From assembly GCA_044226485.1 (NCBI GenBank), contig JBGAGY010000007.1:195060-259059 (forward strand): a DNA stretch of 64,000 nucleotides, written 5' to 3'. The stretch is from Anaerolineales bacterium. GTDB lineage: Bacteria; Chloroflexota; Anaerolineae; Anaerolineales; UBA6663. This document shows positions 50,501 to 57,880 of this stretch, piece by piece. The position numbers and the translations under genes are program-made. How positions within the stretch are numbered: the first letter of the stretch is position 1; every line of letters starts with the position of its first letter. A model generated the notes under the pieces. That model saw only the letters and a program-made list of their open reading frames with translations, searched no databases and was not told where the DNA came from.

Positions 50501-50775
50501 TGATCGGCGCCGACGGCCTCCCGGCCGCGCAATCGGATTCGGTTCCGGTGGAAGGGCTGCGACAGACGACCGGCTGGCTGCCGCCTGAAGTCATCGTCGA
50601 CACGCATCGGATCGCGCTGCCGGCCACGCTTTCTCCAGGCTCCTATCTCCTCGAAATCGGCCTGTACGACCCCGCCACTGGGGCTCGAGTTGCCGCCACG
50701 TCGGCCGATACCAACGCCAACGGCCCGGCCCAGGACACTGTCGAGCTTCAGGCGATCGTCCTTCTGGCACGCTAA
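47575..50775 (+). CDS. large polytopic membrane protein, GT-C-fold-like (putative glycosyl/arabinosyl-transferase, YfhO/PMT-like) with ~550-aa extracytoplasmic C-terminal region
   Basis: 1066 aa. The N-terminal half has more than 10 TM helices, with the early loop ADGRNHILRTLLVERALASGDGFPRYFPELAYGFGAPLLNYYAPL. The C-terminal half is beta-rich and soluble. Confidence 0.75.
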   Translation: MSLTTPVRPRDRWNALAFVVFISALVIPLALTPLPFTADGRNHILRTLLVERALASGDGFPRYFPELAYGFGAPLLNYYAPLTYYLTAAMSATGIGLSYAFQLTLAISLVAGALGAAAWAGALYGDRARLPAAVLWTAAPYTLFNVYSRGAGPEALGLAWLPWLAWAITEAIQHGTLRARLTICIGAAGLMLTHNLTALLGFALLAILAVGEVVAALRQDPRNGLGARVAWAVAFGLLGLAASSFFWVPAILETSAVQLSAITGPAGYDFRGNFLSLETLLAGPFTYDPHRVLTPMPTAIGRGTLACAVLGLLSLVPGLATRRATSDAQGRDGRAMLLLALGMACLAMTLRSSQAVWEVLPMAQLIQFPYRWLGPATLFLAPFGARGMVWLQEQFDDLPWPNAFRQGLPILLLAVIVGLAWPWTFSKADPTLPARPVIADLYDAETRLSTVGLTSNGEFLPVGAVLPEPDPTWAQAVYVGTAERLDRTALPENALVTSVTQDRLAAVVDVDLAAASPLVFRWFEWPGWQATIDGAPTRVTAATGSGFVTVDVPAGRHQVAVWLGFTSLRQIVSVVSGLALMVALALAIGLYRRRSITPRSQSSRPAGVPGPQVMLAIGLVLCVSRVALAFTPSPFSQSRFDGSTISGVARPLRVVFGGELALLGLDLTPTFAADEPLALTAYWALTSSPLDHDLSYSFQLWDAFDRPVGHVDVQHPGGWPTRRWFAGDYAIDNLSVVVDPATAPGTYRLMVTAYGADANHATFTGRVDGGPEQAYVPLGNVQVTRASHRAAPADLPDVTWHSQAAGPFAAVGVARLPIEAQSGDVVLVDLYWQARLSGPAVEPRLVLRDSLNGDYDLGPARLTTDGLGLADWRADDLFALTTPIVISPDAVAGPADLLLTGSGPDVLLGSIDIGIPTRYYDVPDDITPARFSFAEAADLLGYRLSGDLAPGGALTVDLIWLSRDVTARSLKVFVHLIGADGLPAAQSDSVPVEGLRQTTGWLPPEVIVDTHRIALPATLSPGSYLLEIGLYDPATGARVAATSADTNANGPAQDTVELQAIVLLAR

Positions 50776-50877
50776 GTGCAAACCCTGGGGGCACGGGCCA
50801 CGCGGCGTCAACGTCGCAGGGTATGGCCCGCCATACGCAGCCCGTTCCCCGGGCCGCGCACGTTCGCGGAGGGTGTG

Positions 50878-51345
50878 ATGCGCACTTATAAGGTTCCTGA
50901 GAAACCCAACAACAAAGGACTCAACCCGATCTGGCGCGGCGTGGGCCTCGTGATCCTGGTCGCCCTGACGGTCGGTAGCTATTTCGCCGTCAGCAGTGGG
51001 ATCAAGGTCATCAACGCCGCCAATCGGGAGAAGGTTTTTCTGCCGGCGCCGTTTGGCGCTGCCGGCGTCCCCACGCTCGAGCTTCAGCTCGGCACTTACA
51101 CGTTTCCGCGCCCGGTGAACGAGTGGCCCGTGCCCGGTTATGGCCCGTTCAAGCTGTCCGAGCCTCTGCGTCAGATCGGCCCGGTGTCCGTCGAGGTCAC
51201 CAGCCTGGCCCTGACCGTGCTCGTCAGCCTGCTCGCATACGCCCTCATGTCCCTGGTCTGGGGCATCCTGGCGAACCCCACTCAGCTCGGTCCGCAAGAC
51301 GCCCCGCCGCCGCCCCGCAAGCGCCGCACCAACATGGCGCGTTAG
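50878..51345 (+). CDS. small two-TM membrane protein, function unknown
   Basis: MRTYKVPEKPNNKGLNPIWRGVGLVILVALTVGSYF... plus a second TM near the C-terminus. GGAGGG lies upstream of ATG 50878. Confidence 0.6.
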   Translation: MRTYKVPEKPNNKGLNPIWRGVGLVILVALTVGSYFAVSSGIKVINAANREKVFLPAPFGAAGVPTLELQLGTYTFPRPVNEWPVPGYGPFKLSEPLRQIGPVSVEVTSLALTVLVSLLAYALMSLVWGILANPTQLGPQDAPPPPRKRRTNMAR

Positions 51346-51378
51346 CCAGCGGCGGACTGCAGAAGGCGTCTGATCTCT

Positions 51379-51442
51379 GACGAATGACGAAGGACGAAGG
51401 TTGAGTGAGACAACCTTCGTCCTTCGTCCTTCGTCATTCGTC
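51379..51442. repeat. heptamer-periodic hairpin repeat, copy a (GACGAAG units, 3 vs 4 units in the arms)
   Basis: Left arm GACGAAT-GACGAAG-GACGAAG-GTTG, loop AGTGAGA. The right arm is the complement of GACGAAT-(GACGAAG)x3-GTTG. Lies between convergent genes. Confidence 0.9.
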
Positions 51443-51472
51443 GAACTGCGGTCGGCGGTCCGCCGTCGACCC

Positions 51473-52648
51473 TTACTTCCCCGAATTCCGCGTCGCCACG
51501 TCGAAGATCACGGCCGCGACCAGGACAGCGCCACGCAGGATGTACTGGTAGGCGATGCCGGTTCCCATCAGGTTCATGCCCGAGATCAAAGAACCCATCA
51601 CCAGAGCGCCGATGAGCGAGCCGGTCACCTTGCCGACGCCGCCCGCCGCCGACACGCCGCCGACATAGGCCGCCGCGATCGCGTCGAGCTCGAACAGATT
51701 GCCGGCCGTGGTCGTCGCCGATTGCAGCCGCGAGGTGAAGAGGATCCCCGAGAGCGCCGCGAGCATGCCCATTGAGCCGAACACCACATACGTGATCCGG
51801 CTGAAGCTGATGCCGCTGAGCTCGGCCGCCTCCGGGTTGCCGCCCACGGCGTAGATGTGCCGGCCGAGCACGGTCTCGGAGGTGATGAAGTGGTACAGGC
51901 CGACGATGATCAGGACGACGACCACCGTCCACGACAACCCGTTGTAGCCGGCCATGACCCAGGTGACGCCAGCCAGAATCAGCGAGACCACCACCAGCTT
52001 GACCATGAATATCTGGGAGGGCAGCACCTCGAAGTCGTACGACTGCTTCTTGCGCCGGTTGTTGAACTCACTGGCGATGTAGAGCACGATCGCCACAAGG
52101 CCGATGACCAGGGTCAGCACATGCACGCCAGCGCCCTGCACGATGTCCGGGATGTACCCGTTGCCGATCGCGTTGAAGATCGGATCGGGCACAATGATCG
52201 TGCCGGTGCCTTCGGTGGCGAGCAGCAGGGCGCCGCGATAGATCAGCCAGCCGGCCAGCGAGGCGACGAAGGCCGGGATTTTCATCCGTGCGACCAGGAA
52301 GCCCGTGATCAGGCCGCCAAACGCGCCGAGGACGAGCACCAACGGAATCGCGACGTAGACCGGCAACGACCAGGCGGTCAGGGCGATCGCCGCCAGCGCG
52401 CCGATGAAACCCGCCAGGAAGCCGACCGAGAGGTCGATCTGCCGGATGACGATAACGAGTGTCATGCCGACCGCGAGCACTGCGATGTACCCGGTCTGGT
52501 TGAACAGGTTGCTGATGTTGCGCGACGACAGGAACACGCCGTTGGTCAACACCCCGAACATGACCATGATCACGAACAGGGCGATCAACATCCCGTAGTC
52601 GCGGATGTTTTGGCGCAGGACTTTGCCAAGGCTCTGGGTAAATGACAT
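51473..52648 (-). CDS. CUT2 sugar ABC transporter permease (XylH/GguB-like)
   Basis: 391 aa, about 10-12 TM, typical family sequence. 12 nt downstream of the ATPase gene. Confidence 0.9.
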   Translation of the reverse strand: MSFTQSLGKVLRQNIRDYGMLIALFVIMVMFGVLTNGVFLSSRNISNLFNQTGYIAVLAVGMTLVIVIRQIDLSVGFLAGFIGALAAIALTAWSLPVYVAIPLVLVLGAFGGLITGFLVARMKIPAFVASLAGWLIYRGALLLATEGTGTIIVPDPIFNAIGNGYIPDIVQGAGVHVLTLVIGLVAIVLYIASEFNNRRKKQSYDFEVLPSQIFMVKLVVVSLILAGVTWVMAGYNGLSWTVVVVLIIVGLYHFITSETVLGRHIYAVGGNPEAAELSGISFSRITYVVFGSMGMLAALSGILFTSRLQSATTTAGNLFELDAIAAAYVGGVSAAGGVGKVTGSLIGALVMGSLISGMNLMGTGIAYQYILRGAVLVAAVIFDVATRNSGK

Positions 52649-52660
52649 CTTCGGCTCCCC

Positions 52661-54181
52661 CTAGTTCGTGGCCAGGTGCATGATCTTTTCTTGCGTCGCC
52701 TCGCCGATCGGCATTTCGCCGGCGATCCGTCCAGAGGCGACGATATAAATGCGATCGCTCATGCCCAGGATCTCGGGCAATTCAGACGAGATCATGAGGA
52801 TGCTCAGGCCTTGCTGAACGAGCTGATTCATGATCGTGTAGATCTCGTACTTCGCGCCGACGTCGATGCCGCGCGTCGGTTCGTCAAGGATCAGCAGGCT
52901 CGGGCTGACGAACAGCCACTTGCCCAGCGATACTTTCTGCTGGTTGCCGCCGCTCAGGTTGCCCACGGTCTGCTCGACGCTCGGCGTTTTGATGTTCAGC
53001 GATGAGCGATAGCCGTTGGCAACCTGGATTTCGCGGTTGGCGTCGACCACGCCGCGCTCGGCGAGCGCGCGCAGGTTGGCCAGGCTGATGTTCTGCTTGA
53101 CGTCCTGGATCAGGATCAGGCCGTCTCCCTTGCGGTCTTCGGTGACGTAGGCGATGCCGGCGCGGATGGCGTCCTCCGGCGTGCGCAGATCGCGGCGCGA
53201 TCCGTTGAGGTAAAGCTCGCCATTCAGCCGGTAGCCATCCGGGTTTCCGAAGACGCTCAGCGCGAGTTCAGTACGGCCGGAGCCCATCAGGCCGGCGAGC
53301 CCGACGATCTCGCCCTTGCGCACGTTGAGGTTCACGTCGCGCAGGATGCGGCGGCCACTGCCCGACTCGATGGCGTTCCAGTCGCGCAGTTCGAGCACCG
53401 TCTCGCCGAATGCGTGAGCCTCGCGGGCCGGGTAGACGTTGTCGATCTCGCGGCCGACCATGTGCTTGATCAGCATGCCCTCGGTGACGCTGTCGCCTTC
53501 CTTGTCGAGCGTGCAAATCGTCTGCCCGTCGCGCAGCACCGTGATGGTGTCGGCGATGGCCATGACCTCTTTGAGCTTGTGCGAGATCATGATGCAGGTC
53601 ACGCCGTGGGTGCGCAGATCGCGCAACAGGTCGAGCAGGTTGGCGCTGTCGTCCTCGTTGAGCGCCGCGGTCGGCTCATCGAGGATCAGGAGCTTGACGT
53701 CCTTGCTCAGCGCCTTGGCGATCTCGACAAGCTGCTGCTTGCCGACGCCGAGCTCGCGGATCGTGGCCGCCGGGTTGACGTTCAGACGCACCTTCTTGAG
53801 CATCTCGACCGACTGTTTGATCGTCTCATTCCAGTCGACGAGCAAGCCGTTGCGGACTTCATGGCCCAGGAAGATGTTCTCGTAGACCGTCAGGTCGGGC
53901 ACGAGCGCCAGTTCTTGATAAATGATGGCGATGCCGGCGCGCTCGCTGTCGGCGATGCCCGAGAAGCGTTGAGGCACCCCGGCGAAAAGGATCTCGCCCG
54001 AATATGAGCCGTGCGGGTAGACGCCGCTGAGCACCTTCATCAGCGTCGACTTGCCGGCGCCGTTCTCGCCGACGAGGCAGTGGATCTCGCCCTCGGCGAC
54101 CTTGAAGCTGACGTTGTTCAGGGCTTTGACGCCCGGAAATTCCTTGGTGATGTTGCGCATCTCAAGGATCGGGGGTTTCAT
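52661..54181 (-). CDS. CUT2 sugar ABC transporter ATP-binding protein, tandem NBD (XylG/GguA/MmsA-like)
   Basis: 506 aa. NBD1 has GENGAGKST, LSVGKQQ-type signature and ILDEPTAAL; NBD2 has GLMGSGRTE, LSGGNQQK and LILDEPTRGID. Confidence 0.95.
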   Translation of the reverse strand: MKPPILEMRNITKEFPGVKALNNVSFKVAEGEIHCLVGENGAGKSTLMKVLSGVYPHGSYSGEILFAGVPQRFSGIADSERAGIAIIYQELALVPDLTVYENIFLGHEVRNGLLVDWNETIKQSVEMLKKVRLNVNPAATIRELGVGKQQLVEIAKALSKDVKLLILDEPTAALNEDDSANLLDLLRDLRTHGVTCIMISHKLKEVMAIADTITVLRDGQTICTLDKEGDSVTEGMLIKHMVGREIDNVYPAREAHAFGETVLELRDWNAIESGSGRRILRDVNLNVRKGEIVGLAGLMGSGRTELALSVFGNPDGYRLNGELYLNGSRRDLRTPEDAIRAGIAYVTEDRKGDGLILIQDVKQNISLANLRALAERGVVDANREIQVANGYRSSLNIKTPSVEQTVGNLSGGNQQKVSLGKWLFVSPSLLILDEPTRGIDVGAKYEIYTIMNQLVQQGLSILMISSELPEILGMSDRIYIVASGRIAGEMPIGEATQEKIMHLATN

Positions 54182-54213
54182 AGGCGGGTGGCTCCCTGAA
54201 CGCGAAGCGGGGG

Positions 54214-54247
54214 CAGGCGGGGCGAAGGTATTCCTTCGCCCCGCCTG
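54214..54247 (-). repeat. intercistronic 15-bp-stem hairpin after the binding-protein gene (minimal member of the heptamer family)
   Basis: CAGGCGGGGCGAAGG-TATT-CCTTCGCCCCGCCTG, 18 nt after the SBP stop and 32 nt before the ATPase start. No U-tract. Confidence 0.8.
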
Positions 54248-54265
54248 TTTCAGACAGTGGTTAGT

Positions 54266-55414
54266 TTACGGCAAACCGGTGAAGTCGGAAGCCTGGTAGT
54301 AGCCGGAGTCGATCAACGCGGCCTTGACGTTGTCCTTGTCGACCGAGATGACCTCGGACTGCTTGGCAGGGACGTCGATCTTGCCGTTGTTGTACGAGCC
54401 GGTCGTCGCGGGCTTCTCGTCCTTCAGCAGGGCCACGGCCATGGTAATGGCGTCGGCCACGAGCGTGCGGACGTCCTTGAAGACCGTCATCGACTGCTTG
54501 CCGTCGATGATGTACTGCACTGAAGCCTTCTCGGCGTCCTGGCCGGTGACGACGTAGGACGCGACGTCCTTGTCGGCGGCGAAGGCGTCGGCGATGGCGC
54601 GGGCCGTGCCGTCGTTCGGCGCGAGGATGAAGACGTTGCCCTTGTCGGCGGCGGCTGTGGCGGTCAGGTTGGCTTCAGCCAGGCCCTTGGCCGTGTTGAA
54701 GTCCCAGTTCGTCGTGACCTGGCCGATGATCGTGCTCATCTCATCGCGGCTCAGCTCGGCCTTGCCCTGCAGGGCCACGGCTTCGCTCGAGTTCTTGATC
54801 ACGTACGTGCCGTCAGCGATCTTGGGCTGCAGCACCGACCACGCGCCCTGGAAGAACAGGAAGGCGTTGTTGTCGGTCGCCGCGCCAGCGTAAAGGAAGA
54901 GCGGGTTGCCGGTGCCCGTGGTCTTGTTGACCAGGTACTGGGCCTGGGCGGCGCCCACTGCCACGCTGTCGAACGTCACGTAGTAGTCGACGGCGTCGGT
55001 GTCGGTGATCAGGCGGTCATACGACACGACCTTGATGCCGGCGGCGCGGGCGGCCTCAGCGGCGGCAGCGGCGGCAGCGCCGTCCTGCGGGCAGATGATG
55101 AGGACCTTGATGCCCTTGGTGATCAGAGCTTCGACGTTGGCCTTCTCCTTCGCGGAGTCGCCCTGGCTGAACAGGATCTCGACGTCGTAGCCGGCCTTGG
55201 TCAGCGCGTCCTTGAAGCGGGTCTCGTCCTGTACCCAGCGGGGCTCGTCCTTGGTCGGAAGCACGATGCCGACCGCGAGCTTCTCGCCCGTCTCGCCAGA
55301 ACCTGAAGGCGCGGCGGTGGGGGCGGCTGCCGGCGTGCAGGCGGTCATCAGAAGGGAAGCGCTGGCCACGAGGGACAGGGCACCCATAGCAAACCGATTG
55401 AATGTGCGACTCAT
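54266..55414 (-). CDS. ChvE-like multiple-monosaccharide ABC substrate-binding lipoprotein
   Basis: Signal plus lipobox LLMTAC. Whole-length resemblance to ChvE (VVSYDRLITDTDAVDYYVTFDSVAVG, DNNAFLFFQGAWSVLQPKI, VTGQDAEKASVQYIIDGKQSMTVFKD). SD AAAGGAGAG. Confidence 0.9.
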   Translation of the reverse strand: MSRTFNRFAMGALSLVASASLLMTACTPAAAPTAAPSGSGETGEKLAVGIVLPTKDEPRWVQDETRFKDALTKAGYDVEILFSQGDSAKEKANVEALITKGIKVLIICPQDGAAAAAAAEAARAAGIKVVSYDRLITDTDAVDYYVTFDSVAVGAAQAQYLVNKTTGTGNPLFLYAGAATDNNAFLFFQGAWSVLQPKIADGTYVIKNSSEAVALQGKAELSRDEMSTIIGQVTTNWDFNTAKGLAEANLTATAAADKGNVFILAPNDGTARAIADAFAADKDVASYVVTGQDAEKASVQYIIDGKQSMTVFKDVRTLVADAITMAVALLKDEKPATTGSYNNGKIDVPAKQSEVISVDKDNVKAALIDSGYYQASDFTGLP

Positions 55415-55500
55415 CTTTCTCTCCTTTAGATCATGCGGTTCGAACGAGGTGGATGCGATGGTCCGGTTTTTCTCGCGCGCATCACCTCCCTTCGTCAGAT

Positions 55501-56565
55501 CTAGTGGCTCGGATCGCTCAACGAGCCCAAAGTGTCTTGGATGACCTGCCGCAGCGCCGCCACGTCAAGGTCTTTTTTGTCGAGATAGGCCACGGCGCCG
55601 GCATTGAAACCGAGCCGTCGGAACTCCCGATCCGGGTAAGCGCTGATCAGCACGACGCGCGTCTCCGGCGAAATCGCCTTCAGGCGCCGCGTGCATTGGA
55701 TGCCGTCTTCATCGCGCAGCACTACGTCGATGAATGCCAGATGCGGATGGGTCCGCTCGGCCGCGACCAGCGCGTCGGCGATGTCGCCGGCTTCAACCAC
55801 ATGCGACGATGGATGAGTCTTGCCGATCAGCCGCGCCATCTGCTCGCGGTAGCGCGGGTTGTCGTCGACGAGCAGCACGTTCAGCTGCCCGGCCGGCCTG
55901 ACTTCGGGCACCTGGCTCACCGGCTCCGGATCGCGCAGCACATCCGGATAGCGCATCGCGAAGTTCGTGGCCTCGAGCCGGCTCTCGACCGCCAGCGATC
56001 GATACAGGCTGGTCAGGTGGTTCTCGACCGTCTTGACGCTCAGGTCCATCGCCTGCGCGATCTTGCGGTTGTCGAAGCCCTGCATCAGCAGCCGCAGCAA
56101 CTCACGCTGCCGTCGCGTGAGCACCGGCGTCGCTCGCGGCGGGGCGGGCTGACGGTGCACCAGCCGATCGACCAGTTGCGCCGGGATCCAGCGCTCGCCT
56201 GCCACAACGCGCGCCACCGCCAGCTGCAGGTCCGCCAGCGGCTGATCCTTCAGGTGGTAACCGTCCACGCCCGCGCCCAACAGACCTACCAGGTAGGCCT
56301 CGTCGGCGTAGGCGCTGACCACCAGGATCTTCATCGTCGGGTACTGTGTTTTGAAGGTGCGGACCGCCTCGACGGGCTCGAACTCCGGCATCGCCACGTC
56401 GATGACGATCAAATCCGGCTGCCACTCGGCCACTGCCGCGACAAGATCCGGCCCGTTGCCGACCTCGGCAACAACCTCGAGCTCGGGCCGGCCGGTCAGG
56501 GCGTTCCTCAGACCCGCCCTCACGACCGCGTGGTCGTCGGCGAGAACAATTCGAATGGCAGCCAT
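55501..56565 (-). CDS. response regulator with REC - LuxR/NarL HTH - REC architecture
   Basis: REC1 (LADDH..IVIDVAMP..VVSAY..YHLKD), HTH (LTRRQRELLRLLMQGFDNRKIAQAMDLSVKTVENHLTSLY), REC2 (LVDDN..AFIDVVL..LISAY..YLDKKD). Confidence 0.9.
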   Translation of the reverse strand: MAAIRIVLADDHAVVRAGLRNALTGRPELEVVAEVGNGPDLVAAVAEWQPDLIVIDVAMPEFEPVEAVRTFKTQYPTMKILVVSAYADEAYLVGLLGAGVDGYHLKDQPLADLQLAVARVVAGERWIPAQLVDRLVHRQPAPPRATPVLTRRQRELLRLLMQGFDNRKIAQAMDLSVKTVENHLTSLYRSLAVESRLEATNFAMRYPDVLRDPEPVSQVPEVRPAGQLNVLLVDDNPRYREQMARLIGKTHPSSHVVEAGDIADALVAAERTHPHLAFIDVVLRDEDGIQCTRRLKAISPETRVVLISAYPDREFRRLGFNAGAVAYLDKKDLDVAALRQVIQDTLGSLSDPSH

Positions 56566-56610
56566 ACCGTGACCCTTTCTATGTAACAGAACCCACCCCT
56601 TCAGGTCATT

Positions 56611-56638
56611 GGGGGATGCCCCCTAGGGGGATTTCCCC
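56611..56638. promoter_or_regulatory. G5-CTAG-C5 quasi-palindrome in the divergent control region (operator candidate)
   Basis: GGGGGATGCCCCCTAGGGGGATTTCCCC; the core CCCCCTAGGGGG (56619-56630) is a perfect 12-nt palindrome. Confidence 0.3.
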
Positions 56639-56679
56639 TAATGCGGAGTGGGCTAATCGGGTAGGAAAATGACGGAAGA

Positions 56680-56769
56680 GCGAGGAGCGTAGAGCGAGGA
56701 GCGAACGCTGCCGCGCAAGTTCGAGCGCGAGATCGCGGTAGCGTTCGCTCTTCGCTCTACGCTCCTCGC
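56680..56769. repeat. heptamer-periodic hairpin repeat, copy b (30-bp stem, 30-nt loop)
   Basis: Left arm GCGAGGAGCGTAGAGCGAGGAGCGAACGCT pairs with right arm AGCGTTCGCTCTTCGCTCTACGCTCCTCGC with a single G-T pair. Heptads are GAGCGAG/GAGCGTA/GAGCGAG/GAGCGAA. Confidence 0.9.
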
Positions 56770-56797
56770 CACTCGAGTATTATCTACCCAAGCCACC

Positions 56798-57880
56798 ATG
56801 CCTATTCGACTGGTCCTCTGCTCGATCCTCGTGTTCGTGCTGGTCGGCTGTGTCCCGCCGACGCCGGCGTCGACGCAGGGCAAGATCGCGTTGCTGTTGC
56901 CCGAGACGAAGACGACGCGTTACGAGTCGCACGACCTGCCGATCTTTCGCGCGCAGCTTGCCGCTCGCGGCTTCAACGTCGACCGTGACCTCATCTACAG
57001 CAACGCCACCCAGGATGCCGCGGCGCAGCAGCAGCAGGCCGAAGCGGCGCTGACCAACGGCGCGAAGGTGCTCGTCCTCGATCCGGTCGACTCCAGCTCG
57101 GCCACGGCCATCGCCGAGCTGGCCCAGTCACGCGGCGTTCCCGTGATCGCGTACGATCGATTGATCACCGACTCGTCGGCCGTCGATTACTACGTGTCGT
57201 TCGATAACGTCATGGTCGGGCGGTTGCAGGCCGAAGCGCTGCTCGACGCGCTCAAGGATGTGAAAGACCCGCGCATCGTGATGTTGAACGGCTCGCCGCT
57301 CGACAGCAACACGACCCAGTATCGTTTGGGGGCGATGGCCGTGCTGGGCAGCCGTGTGACGATCGCGCAGAGTTTCGACGTGCCCGACTGGAGTCCTGAC
57401 AAGGCCCAGGAGTTCATGGCCCAGGCGCTCACTGCCCTCGGCAATCGCGTCGACGGCGTCTACGTCGCCAACGATGGCATGGCCGGCGGCGCGATCGCGG
57501 CGATGAAAGCCGCGGGCCTCGAGCCACTGCCGCCCGTGACCGGCCAGGACGCCGAGCTGGCGGCCATCCAACGCATCCTCGTCGGCGAGCAGTACATGAC
57601 CGTCTATAAGGCGATCCACCGCGAAGCCACCGCCGCCGCTGACCTGGCCTACGTGCTCTGGCAGGGCGGCAAGCCGGACGAGGGGCTCTTCAACAGCCAC
57701 GTCGACAACGGGCGCATCAAAGTGCCCGCGATCCTGCTTCAACCCGTCAGCGTCACCCGTGATAACCTGCGCGCCACGATCTTCGCCGACAAGTTCTGGG
57801 ACCCGAGCGAGGTCTGCGTCGGCGAGGTCGCGGCCGCCTGCAGTGAGACCGGCATCGACCTCGGGGAGGGCGCTCCATGA
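56798..57880 (+). CDS. XylF-like sugar-binding lipoprotein (sensor-module binding protein)
   Basis: Signal plus lipobox VLVGC. Collinear with E. coli XylF (VIAYDRLITDSSAVDYYVSFDNVMVGRLQAEAL; GSPLDSNTTQYRLGAMAVL; VTGQDAELAAIQRILVGEQYMTVYKAI; NNGRIKVPAILLQPVSV). Confidence 0.9.
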   Translation: MPIRLVLCSILVFVLVGCVPPTPASTQGKIALLLPETKTTRYESHDLPIFRAQLAARGFNVDRDLIYSNATQDAAAQQQQAEAALTNGAKVLVLDPVDSSSATAIAELAQSRGVPVIAYDRLITDSSAVDYYVSFDNVMVGRLQAEALLDALKDVKDPRIVMLNGSPLDSNTTQYRLGAMAVLGSRVTIAQSFDVPDWSPDKAQEFMAQALTALGNRVDGVYVANDGMAGGAIAAMKAAGLEPLPPVTGQDAELAAIQRILVGEQYMTVYKAIHREATAAADLAYVLWQGGKPDEGLFNSHVDNGRIKVPAILLQPVSVTRDNLRATIFADKFWDPSEVCVGEVAAACSETGIDLGEGAP

